64,000 bases of DNA from positions 24,800,001-24,864,000 of the forward strand of contig OZ116706.1 of NCBI GenBank assembly GCA_964199315.1, read 5' to 3'. This document shows, one piece after another, positions 11,957 to 23,577 of this stretch. The number at the start of each line of letters is the position of its first letter. Position 1 is the first letter of the stretch. This DNA is from Orbicella franksi. Its lineage: Eukaryota. Under the pieces are notes generated by a model. It was not told the DNA's origin. It did not search any database and saw only the letters and a program-made list of their open reading frames with translations. The translations under genes and the position numbers were made by a program.

Positions 11957-13630
11957 ATTCCACGAAATTACTCATTTCACGCAACTGGCTCAAATCGCAC
12001 AACTGTCTCATTTGGCCTAACTGACACAAATCACAAAAATGACTTATTTGGCCTAATTGGCTCACATAACACAAATGTCTCCTTTGGCCCAACTAGCTCG
12101 ATTCACACAACTGTCTCATCTGGGCCAACCGGATCAAATGGCACAACAGTCTCATTTGGCCCAACCAACTTAAATCACACAACTGTCTCGTTTGGCCACA
12201 CAACACGAATGTCTCATTTAGCCCAACCGGTTCAAATCACACAACTGGCTCAAATCACACAACTGTCTCATTTGGCCTAACTGACTCAAATCACAAAAAT
12301 TACTTATTTGGCCTAGTTGGCTCACATAACACAACTGTCTCATTTGGCCCAACTGGCTCAATTCACACAACTGTCTCATTTGGGCCAACCGGATCAAATG
12401 ACACAACAGTCTCATTTGGCCCAACCAACTTAAATCACACAACTGTCTCACTTGGCCACACCAGCTCAAATCACACAACTGTCTCATTTGGCCCAACTGG
12501 ATCAAATTGACACAACTGTCTCATGTAGCCTGACCAGCTCAAATCACACAACTGTCTCATCTGGCCCAACTGGCTCAAATCACACAACTGTCTCATTTGG
12601 CCTGACTGGCTCAAATCACAAAAATGACTTATTTGGCCTAACTGGCTCAAATAACACAAATGTCTCATTTGGCCCGACTGGCTAAATTCACACAACAGTC
12701 TCATTTGGGCCAACAGGATTAAATGACACAACTGTCTCGTTTGACGCAACCGACTCAAATCACACAACTGTTTCATTTGGCCCAACCAGCTCAAATCACA
12801 CATAAGTCTCATTTGGCCCAACCGGATTAAATCACACAACTGTCTCATTTGGTCGCACCCAATTAAATGACACAACTGTCTCATTAGGCCCAATTGGCTC
12901 AATTCACACAACTGTCTCATTTGGGCCAACTGGATCGAATAACACAACTGTCTCATTTGGTCCAACTGACTTAAATCACACAACTGTCTCATTTGGCCCA
13001 ACTTGATCAAATGGCACAACTGGCTCAAATCACAGACCTGTCTCATTTGGTCTAACCGGCTCAAATCACACCACTGTCTCATTTGACTCAAACAGCTCAA
13101 CTCACACAACTGTCTCATTTGGCCTAACCAGCTCAAATAACAGCAATGTCTCATTTCATCCAACCGGCTCCAAGCACACAAATGTCTCATTTGGCGCCGC
13201 CAGCTCAAATGACACAATTGTCTCATTTTAGCCTAACCAACTTACACCAGATAAATATCTCATTTGGCCCAACTGGCTCAAATCACACAACTGTCTCATT
13301 TGGCCCAGCCAGTTCAAGCCACACAATTGTCTAATTTGGCCCATGAGAGGCTCAATTCACACAACTGTCTCGTTTGGGCCAACCGGATCAAATGACACAA
13401 CTGTCGCATCAGGCCCAACCGACTTAAATCACTCAACTGTCTTGTTTAGCCCAACCGGCTCAAATAACACAAATGTCTCATTTGGCCCAACCAGATCAAA
13501 TTGACACAACTGTTTCATTTGGCCCAAATGGATTAAATGACACACCTGCCTCATTTCGCCCAACCAGCTCAATTCACACAACTGTCTCATTTGGGCCTAC
13601 CGGCTCAACTGGCTTGAACCGGCTCAAATC
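11957..13630 (+). repeat. 36-bp minisatellite, ~45 units, with higher-order structure; possibly a decayed coding repeat (SNHTTVSFGPTG)n
   Basis: Consensus tcaaatcacacaactgtctcatttggcccaactggc. The variant block tcacaaaaatgacttatttggccta recurs at ~12031, ~12291 and ~12617. Confidence 0.95.
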
Positions 13631-14609
13631 GCTTCCTGACAGGAACATTTGGAAAGTTACGTACCACGAATATTTTCAGATGAAAACTATATTCAGTAGT
13701 GTATAAAGAAGAAAGGTAAAAAATTCAGTTGGATTACTGGGTTAAGGGAATATATAGAACATTGCCCTGACACTTTGTGTATGGTTATGTGTAAGAACTA
13801 GTATACATAGGAATAAAGGAGCAAACGCATACTGATCATTGCGCAGTCCTTATACATTAAGGGCCCTTACACGGACTCCTCATACCACATTATATTATTT
13901 TGTCATTTTACGAAGTGTGAGGTGAGGTACTTCCTGCGGCTGCAGCTGTAGTTCGTCTCCTACTGGTTAAAATGTTAAGATTCATTGTTGTTCAAAGACC
14001 CATCTTGTGTTTTTGTTTTGGTAGATGTAGCAAACAACTGCAAATCCGTTTGCAGAAACATGACGGAAATGAACAACAGCGGAAATCTGCTAACTTAGAT
14101 ATGACGGAAATGTGACTTGGCATTTCTGTCCCGGAAACGTGACAGAATCATGTAGACTTGAATTTTCATGTTTCCGCAAGACGTAAACATGACAGAAACA
14201 TGGAGTTGCATGTTTCCGCCACGTTTCAGAAATACAGAAACATGTGATTTCGTCCTGTGTACATCCCACAATACTCTAGACTGGTGTCCAATCCCCCAAC
14301 AAGTATACCAAGATTAACTCTAGAATAGATATAACTACTTTTACTTCATAACAAAACAGTTGTCACATTTGAATTGTGAAAAAATTCTTTTTTATTCATG
14401 GTCTTTTCTTTTCACGTTTCAAAAAGATAAAAAGAGAACAATATCATTAACTCTACTGACCAACATGAAAGGTTATCTTCATATCTAGCCCTGTAAAACT
14501 GCAATAATTCCGTATTTACTTGTACAAGAAGTTTAAAATTAAAAAAACAAAGAAATATTACAATAACTTGAAATGTGTTTTTGCCTAGGTACGTATGATC
14601 GTTAGTAAT

Positions 14610-14830
14610 CAATCTTTTGATATTACTCTTTATAAGAGCTTTCTGATGGGAAAAATGGGAGTAGTTTCCCTATGCTTTATATTCGGAAAGGGTAGCCCTG
14701 CATCTCTTCCAATCATTTTCACTGTTTTTTTATGATTAGACCCTCTCCATTTCTGTTATAGTTTTATATTTCTTGTTGTCTATTATCTTTAACTCGCAAA
14801 TGCCTATTAGTCTAGTGAGGTAAAACTGTA
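14610..14830 (-). pseudogene. CCDC106-like C-terminal domain, degraded copy 1
   Basis: ..LIGICELKIIDNKKYKTITEMER..RCRATLSEYK..GKLLPFFPSESSYKE. It is a diverged direct duplicate of 15620-15955. Confidence 0.55.
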
Positions 14831-15619
14831 ATAATACCGTATATACTTGATTTGATGCCTCACTGGTTGTCGGAATAGTTTAAAATGGGGGTAAATACAG
14901 TTTTGGAAGTTTGTGAGTGTTGTATGTTATTTTCCAAATCATGGCAAGAGAAAGGGTGCAGCTCACAAGCTGAAACTTGAAAGGTGAAAAATATACTGGG
15001 AAAAGATTTTGATTGACAGTTAAAATTTGATGTTTTCTTAGTTTCCTTGGCAACAGAAATGTTTGAATACAACCTTAAAATTTCACTTTTGCACTGTTGA
15101 CATAAAATTTGCTGATTAGATTTTCCTATAAACTTGCACATAGCTTACTACAATTGATCGGTACCATCATTGCACACAGCTTATTACAATAATCATGGCC
15201 ATTTGCAACTTATTTGACCAAATTCTAACAGGTTTTTAAATAATCGATAATTTAATTGTACTCAAGGTGTGAAATGTCTCTCAAAAATTGTCTGTTCAAC
15301 ATCCCTTTTAAAGTTTTCATTTAAAATATGATAAAAGTAAAAATTCTGCCAAATATCACAAAATTTAAATTAGTAGATTTTGAGAAATCGTCTTCTGTTT
15401 ACCATTGCTTTTTTCACCACTGTTCTTCTGTTTACCATTGCTTTTTTCACCACTATGTTTGTTTGTCTAATTTAAAATTTGCGCCATCACACGAGTTACT
15501 GCTGACCACCCGAAAAACTGTGTTCACCCACCTTTAAAAAAACAGAAATATTACGATAACTTGAAATGTTTTTTTGCCTAGTCAGGATCATTAATGATAA
15601 ATCTTTGCATGTTACTCTT

Positions 15620-15955
15620 TATAAAAGCTTTCTGATGGGAAAAATGGAAGTAGTCTCCCATCTTCCTTGTATTTTCTGACCTCCACTTTATATTTAGAAT
15701 GGGCAGCCCTGCATCTTATCTCTATCATTTTACCACTGGTTTTCCTGAACGGTCCCTCTCCATTCCTGTTATCGTGTTGTATTTCCTCCTGTCTATTATC
15801 TTTAACTCACAAATGCCTATGAAGTCTCGCAAGGTGTTCCTGGCTACTCCATATGACTCCATAGCATGCATGAGGGAACAATTTTCTTTTATCAATACTT
15901 GAAGTACACTGTTGTAGTGAGCGTGTATCAGACTTAGATCCAGCCCTGTCACTGT
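15620..15955 (-). pseudogene. CCDC106-like C-terminal domain, copy 2
   Basis: Acceptor ttcttacag, then HYNSVLQVLIKENCSLMHAMESYGVARNTLRDFIGICELKIID..(frameshift)IEIRCRAAHSKYKVEVRKYKEDGRLLPFF. Parallels CCDC106 RY..IL..F....M..A...H.VDRNT...PIAEL..LLLP. Confidence 0.6.
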
Positions 15956-17324
15956 AAGAAGAAATATTTAAAAAATTATATTGAGTAAAAGTGTTGTTTT
16001 CAATGTGTTTTCTTTTAGGCAAAGAAAATACATTTTGCTAACGACCTTATCTTTTTCCAAATGCACTGATTACCTAAACTCAATTATCTATTTATCTATG
16101 CACGTGGTCCTTGTTGAGCTGTTTTCATTCATGCAAGTTTAGAGTACCTTAACTCCTTCTCAATTCGCATTTCTTTATTTCTATTCCTTGATAATGGCCT
16201 CATGATGTTGCCAAAATGTCCCTTTGTGCAATCAAATTAAGTTCAATCTATTTTTCATAAATTAAGGTAATTCGTAAAATCTCCAAATAAATTGCACAGT
16301 GCATGTGTTTAACTAAAATCTTCACTCGTTAGCAATGAGTAATACCTATAACTTGTATCTTGGATTTAATGTACAGGTAGTCGACTCCCTTTCAGCTAAT
16401 GGTATAAATGGTATATAGGGGCAACATTTCACTATGCATACCTTTACTGTTAGGGGGTGGACGCCGACATCATTCAAATTATTCTCTAACACAAACCAAC
16501 GCTGCAACGGAGAAATGTTTTATAAACAGAAACTTCAAGCGTCGAACTTGTCTGATTCTTTAATACTTGAAATTCCGTAAAAACTGAAAATACAATGATC
16601 AATAAAACTAAATTACTACAAAATCTGAACCAAAAGAAACGATCTTAACTGAAACACATGTGGTGCGCATACTAGCAAGTTTAACAATACTAACGAATAT
16701 AAACGTAACAAATCTCGCGTATGAAAACACTACGGTCGGCAATTGATCTAAATAAAAGAATAAACAAGATAACATACCTCTTTCCCCGCTTTTATAACTC
16801 TAGTAATGGCAACGATCCTTCGATCTATCCTTTTATGAAGATAACATGTATCTAACATGCGAGTCTTATACCGAATGAAAGATAATACTGACAACTCACA
16901 GGTATACAACAAGAAAACAAAGAGGCATTGATTCGATGTAACGCTGACGCAGGTCACGCAATCACAAGTTACAGTGATATCCATAACATACCCTCCCTTT
17001 CCTTTTCTTGTCCTGGTGTTTTACCAGCTTTTTCCCTTTCTTTTTTTTCTTTTCTTCTCCTTTGTCAGTAGAAATTCCACTAGTGACTTCTATGGATTGG
17101 CTTTCACTCTCTGATTTCCTCTTACCTAACACAATAAAAATTAATTTACCATAAGATGATTTAATTCTGACAGTCTTGATTTCATTAAATGAAATTAATG
17201 TATGGAAGTTTGCATTATTAAGTTGGTGGCTAATCCTCAAGAGCTTAAAATAATGTAACACACTTTTGCTATAATATCTGTAACTTGTTATTGTAACATG
17301 TTGTTGTAACATTTCTCTTTGCAT

Positions 17325-20300
17325 TTTCATTTCATTTTTCATTTTTTTCATTTTATTTATTCCATTCTAAAATTACAAAAATAAATATAGAGTAGACAAG
17401 TAAGAGGAGAAATGGAAAAGGGCAAAAATATAGCAAGCTAATTAGATGCCCTTGTTTAACTGACAATAATAATTAGGGTAAAAAAGTTAACTTAACATAG
17501 GAGAGGAAGAGGTATGAATTAATTAATACTGAGCAAAATAATACTGGAAGAGTGCTTTTTTAAAACATTTTCTAGTCGCTAAGTTACGTATAGATAAAGG
17601 AAGGTCATTCCAATAGTACATCCAATAACAGTGGGACAAAATTTCCTTATATTTATTCTGGAGAAACCAGGATTTAAGTGTTGTAGGGATGCACTTTGAG
17701 TAACGTAGTTATGTTGCTCAGACACCAGAGATAAGGTGTAATTAGACAGTTTTTCATCAATTAAGTGGTCATAAAATAGCTGGCAGGTATATAATTTAAC
17801 AATGTCAGGAAGCTTAATAAGACCAAGGTTTACATAATGGGGAGTAATATGTTCACGAAGTGGCACATTGTTGATTATTCCAATAGCTTTGTTTTGTAGT
17901 CTCACTAATTGTGACAATGGAACCTCGTAATTATTACCCCACAGTACGCAACCATAAGTTAAATAGGGATATATAAGTCCATAATAAATACTTGTTAGGG
18001 ATTGGGATGTCACATAGGGTTTTAGTTTTGCAATAATATTTACACTTTTGCTAATTTTATTACTTATATAATTGATATGGTCGTGCCAAGACAGTGAGCA
18101 ATCAATAATGAGTCCTAAATATTTAACACTGGAAGACTGCTCTAGGTACCGGTCTGCTAGTTTAAGAGGGATATGTAAATTATAATTTCTTTTTTGTCAT
18201 GGTTGACAAACCAGGTATTTTGTCTTACTTAAATTCAAGGTTAATCTGTTTGAGCATAACCATTCATAAATAGCAGGCAATTCAGAGTTTATTCTATGTA
18301 AAAGTATGTCTAAATCTTTACCAGTCGCGGTTAAAGAAGTGTCATCAGCAAATAGTCTTAAGGAGAAGTAGTTGGTTGATTTAACAATATCATTAATATA
18401 AATTAGAAAAAGAAAAGGACCTAAAATTGACCCTTGTGGTACACCTGAGCTTATTAAAAGAGAACTAGACTCGATACCATTAACAAATACCTTTTGTTTC
18501 CTGTTGCTCAAGTAAGACTTAAACCACTGATTTTCAATGCTTCGAATACCATATGAGTCAAGTTTGGATAACAGAATAGAGTGATTGACCGTGTCAAATG
18601 CTTTACTTAAATCAAGAAAAATAGAAACCGCATATTTTTCTTCATCAAGGGCTTTTGTTATCTCATCCATTAATTTTACCAAGCAATCAGTTGTGGTGCT
18701 CCCAGATCTAAAGCCATATTGATTAGATACTAAGATATTCTCAGTCATAAAATAAAATTTTAGTTGATTAAGAATGCACTTCTCAAATTTTACTTAATGC
18801 AGAAAGGACTGATATGGGCCGGTAGTTATTGCATGAGGAACGAGAGCCTTGTTTGAAAATCGGGATAACCTTGGCAATTTTTAAACTATTTGGAAATATA
18901 CCTTTTTCAAGTGTTAAATTTATGTATGTCAATGGTTTAAATATTTCCAACGCTGCAGAGAACAATAAGAAAGGATGAATCTTATCAAAACCAAATGATT
19001 TTTTACAATCAATGCTCACTCAATTTCACTTACTTTAGTGAAGTGGAACGTGCATTTTTTCCTATTCACATGAGACGAAGCACGGCGATCTGTTTTAGGC
19101 ACATCAGATGCAAGTTCAGATGGAACATTGCAAAAGTACTTGTTGATAGCATTTGATATTGACGCTGGCTGTTGAAGATTTTTACCTTTAACTTGCAAAT
19201 TTTCAATAACAGAGGGCGGCCACTTTTTATTTATTATTAAATTAACGTTATCCCACATTTTCTTAGTGTTTGTTGAGTCTTTAAGTACGCTATCATAGTA
19301 TAAAGTACGGAACATTTTATTGATTGAAACAATCTTGTTTCAGTAGATTTTGTATCGATTATAATAATAGCTGTTACGAGTTGTCAACCATTTTTTATGC
19401 AGCTGATTTCGAACTTTGATCAATTTTTTTAAGCCTTTAGTTACCCAGGGCTTGTTAGACTTACTTTTGACCTTAATTAATTTAATTGGTGCATGTGTAT
19501 TGCTAATCCTGTTGAATATGTGCAGAAATCTTGTTAAGCCTTCATTTGCATCGCTGCTATTATAAACAGATTTCCAATTTTCATTCCTTAATTCATCATG
19601 GAAAGCAATCTTGTCAAACCCTTTAAAGTCTCTAATTTCAATAGTATCAGGAAATGGACTAAGTGTTGGATCGTATGAAAGGGTAAAAACAGGTAAATGA
19701 TCTGCTACTCTACTGCAATACTACCACTTGTACTTGAAGATACAAAATTGGAATGAATATGATCTATACAACTTACTGAGGTCTCAGTTATACGTGTTGC
19801 TTCAAATATCAGGGGATTAAAGCCTTCGGAATGAATTAGATTAAGGTATTCCTTTGCTATTGTGCTCTTAACAAGTGTATTGATATTGATATCACCTAGG
19901 ATCAAACATTAATGCTTTGACAAAAAGATGGAATGCAAAACTTGTTCAAATTCATCAAGAAATTCCCGTTGGCACCTTTTAAGTGGGTTATAAATAACAC
20001 CAATTAATAAGCCTTGTGTGTCTACCCAAATATTTTCAATGCCATCTATGTTAAGATCATCTCTTATTGTATAGTCAAAGTTTGACTTTAGGTAAAAAGC
20101 AACTCCACCACCTGTTGAAAACGTGTGGTTGTCTATTGTCATATTGTAATCTGTAATTTTTATGCTATCTAGATCGACTTGAGGCGTGATCCATGTTTCT
20201 GAGCAAGCAATCATATCAATTTCGAAAGGAATAGAGTCCAAAAGATTGCATAGCTCATCAAAATGTTTACTTAGGCTTCTGATATTAAGATGAAGTGCCG

Positions 20301-21310
20301 AGAGTTGCGGCTTAACAACAGAGGAGAGTTCATTAAGCTCTTCTACTGTAAATATTCCATGATCATTAAATGATTGTACATTTAAATCTGGATCATTTGT
20401 GTTATGAGTCATTTGTCTATTTTAAACAACTAAATATTGGCAAATGCCAGTTAAAAATAAACTAGTTGTAGGACAACAGAAGGCTTTATGCATATTTTAA
20501 CTAACCTGATCAATGGAATCAACATTTACAAAGTTCCATCAATATAAAGTTTTCCACGATGAAATCTTGGCCCTTTTCCCCTCTCAAACGCCTCCTTCAT
20601 CACATCTCTGAGCTTCTTCTTTTTCGCTCAGTCCTCCCAAATCAGATCCTCTGTGATCCAAACACCATCTTTAAGGTCACGCTTCTTCTGAATAACTTTG
20701 TACCTCTCTGGATGATAAACAAACTTACAAATTATCACTTGTGGCTTATCATCGGTTCTAATGCTCCCACTTGACGGGCGTTTTCAATTTGCGGCTCCAG
20801 ATTAAGCTGGTTGGCTATGATATCGTTGATTTTCTGCAGGCAATCCTCGCTAGGAGATTCTGGAATGTTGTGAAAACGAAGATTGTATTCGCGTGAATAA
20901 CGCTCGAGGGACAGCAAACGTTCATACATTTGAGCGATTTGCGTGGTATGGTTTTGAACCAAGCTTTCTATTTCATTGACTTTGCATCTTGCATCATGAA
21001 GTTCTCCCTTGAGCTCCTTGAAACTTTGGTTGAGGGTCGTAAATTGTTTCGAAAGCTTCACCAATGCCGCCTCATTAGACTGAACTTTCATTCTCAGACT
21101 CGAGATGTCCTGTATGATCTTGTTCTGACCTTCGCACAAGCGTGTCAGTAGCTCACGTACATATGTTTCAAAATCTTCCGGTGCATCACTTGACAGTTTC
21201 TTGCTTCCCCTCGTAGTTAGTGACATGTTAATACACACAATAACACATGTAGTAAGGTAGATATGAAAAGTGGAAGAAAAAAATTTAACTTTTTCCCTAT
21301 TTAGCTCAGA
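17325..21310 (-). mobile_element. Near full-length CR1/L2-group LINE (ORF1 + APE-RT ORF2), frameshifted
   Basis: ORF1 (~21240-20530): coiled coil, then ERYSREYNLRFHNIPE..PIIAKF..WITEDL. ORF2 endonuclease: LHLNIRSL, ACSETW, GGGVAFY, ILGDIN, CIDHI. ORF2 RT: NNYRPISVL, QYGFR, FLDLSKAFDTV, GVPQGSILGP, LFADDT. 3' tail aataaataaa(atgaaa)n near 17330. Confidence 0.92.
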
Positions 21311-22744
21311 GCTATAAATTTCACAGCCATCTTGCTCGCTGACCGCTGACCGCTATTTCTCTTTGCATACCTTTATCTATCCTACAGTGGCCCAAAATTG
21401 CCACAAAGGGGCTGGTAGAGACACCACACATACGTTTATACATTGCACTGACGATGTTTACTAATTGTTTTCCTTCTGGGAACGACTTCTTTTCATTGGT
21501 GCAATCTTCCCATTTTATTTTTTGTTGGCATGACAATTTTTTTCCTCTAGCATGATCTTTTTCTTTTCTTTAGTGCAAGATATCCTCAGGTTAATTAATT
21601 TCAGAGTCAAACATGATTTTCGCCTCCAGTGCCCCTCAGCAGGGTTTGCGGAATATGCGTGGACTGCGCAAGTAACCATAGTTACTTGGAATCAAAACCA
21701 CGTATTCCGTGAACGGTTTTTGCCATCTTTGCTGGTGAATCCGACAGTCTAGAGGGAGACATCAAAAGAAGGTAATAATATTTTCTTTGCTATCTTCATT
21801 ACCTCAAAAAATGGCATATCGCTATTTTAGGGCCAAAGAGAACCCTTTTGAACCTACGGACTTCGAACGCGCCACTTAAGGTGTTCATTGACTTCATTGC
21901 AAATACAATACAATACATGACTTGATAATATAGCGCTTATTTCAAGAGCTCAATGGTGCTTTACAATGTTTTGTAACAAATGCATGGAAAAAAGTTTCAT
22001 TGTGGATGTGCCATTTTATTTTGAAATTAAATTTAGCTTGATGAATCCTCAATCATATCATGATATGTAAACTTGTGGTGTTTGTCAAAATTCAAGCTTT
22101 TGAATGCTTTGGAAACAATTTCTCAAAGAAGCAGATTTACTATCAAAAGTAATCCCCAAAGCAGTTGTTACTGACATGTAAGAAGCAGATTGTTGTCTTG
22201 TCATAAATTGTCCCTTGAAAAAATGTGTACTAATGTGTGTTAATTTATACTGAGGTCACTTACTGAATTGCTATAAATATATAATAATAATTTTAATTAC
22301 TCACACAGAAAACCAGCCAGCCCTTGCAGATACCAAAGAGAATCCACCTAATTAAAACCAGTTTTATTTGCTGTTATTCCTATTTGTTTTCTTGAAAAGG
22401 TCCTTCCAATTATTCCACACAGCTAATTTATTACAATAATGTTAATAGTGCTATTTATGAGGCATTTTTGTTTTGTTTTTAAATCATGTTACATCACTGT
22501 TTTAATTGTAGTCAACAGTTTGGTCTTTAAGTTCTGACCAGCAATAATCGAAACAGTCGTTGTCAATGATGTACATGTAATTGATAAATGTGTCTATTTG
22601 AATGTAAATGTTCTACCCACTACACTTGTAATTCAAATGCATCACAAAAGGTCTGATACATGCATATGATTCTGACCAAATCCTTCTCTCTTTGTTGATG
22701 AGACATGATTAATGACCAGCTCTTACTGTTGTTCTCTGCCAAGT

Positions 22745-23100
22745 GGGGCACTGTTTTAGTTGTGTGACAAGAGCAAACACACTGGTAAAATCGATTGGCT
22801 TTTGTATCCATTGGGCCTTTATGACAAGTGACGGTGGAAGTAGTTACTTTCTGGCCAACACGGTTTACATCGGAGATATCCTTGACTTGCTTCGACAAGT
22901 TGTCTTTGAAGAGTTCACCTGTGACTGTTGTAGACACTGAGCAAAGGCGTTTGTAATCGGTGTGCAGGTCCGGTTTTATGAGCTCTTTCCTTCTGTTATT
23001 AAGCTCGGTATTTGCATGTGCCAAAAGAGAAAGGCTGTCTATTGCCTCTTGGAAGAGCACTTTCCCACCATATATCTCATTAACTGGTTTCAAGATGACG
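22745..23100 (-). mobile_element. DIRS-type (tyrosine-recombinase retrotransposon) ORF1/gag fragment
   Basis: DSLSLLAHANTELNNRRKELIKPDLHTDYKRLCS...ELFKDNLSKQVKDISDVNRV matches the conserved DIRS ORF1 signature. Confidence 0.75.
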
Positions 23101-23134
23101 TCAGTGATGCAAGCAAGAAAAACAAGCTGTGATC

Positions 23135-23577
23135 GCTCTTATTGAAAAAAGGAAAGGATCGCTCACTTCTTGAAATTGGCATCCAATTTCTCTTGTCAAT
23201 GTTGACACAAAAATCATGTCCAAAATAAATGCTTCAAGGATTAAAGGTGTGTTACCTAATATATTCATCATGAGACAGTTTACGTTAAAGATCGCTTTAT
23301 AGGTGAAACAATTCAATCTATCTATGGCATGGTGGATTGTACTGTCGAAGAAAACATTCCAGGTCTACTGATTTTCATTGATTTTGAGAAAGCTTTTGAT
23401 TGTGTAGAGTGGGATTTCCTTTTTAAATGTATTGAAGCTCAGAATTCCTACAGTGGATTAAAACTTTTTATTAAAATGTTCAGAGTTGCACAATGCATGA
23501 TGGTACTGATTCAAATTATGTTTCAATTGGACAAGGTGTTCGGCGGGGGATCCATTCTCCCCTTATCTATTTATAGT
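23135..23577 (+). mobile_element. L1/Tx1 LINE RT fragment, 5' part (split by BEL/Pao insertion)
   Basis: KKGKDRSLLENWHPISLVNVDTKI..GLLIFIDFEKAFDCVEW..(GVRQG)DP(L)SPYLF, which continues at 30076. Confidence 0.85.

Noticed and set aside
12471-13226. 251-aa minus-strand ORF (MRQLCDLS..)n as a real gene
   Set aside because: It is a by-product of a 36-bp unit lacking stops on that strand. Recurrent variants are non-synonymous here but synonymous in the plus SNHTT frame.
11957-13630. 36-bp periodic array as a CRISPR array
   Set aside because: The units are head-to-tail with no unique spacers, there are no cas genes, and the context is eukaryotic.
21321-21760. Coding-like relic (..EAKIMFDSEIN..SPFVAILGHC)
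   Set aside because: It looks protein-like but has multiple stops and I cannot assign a family.
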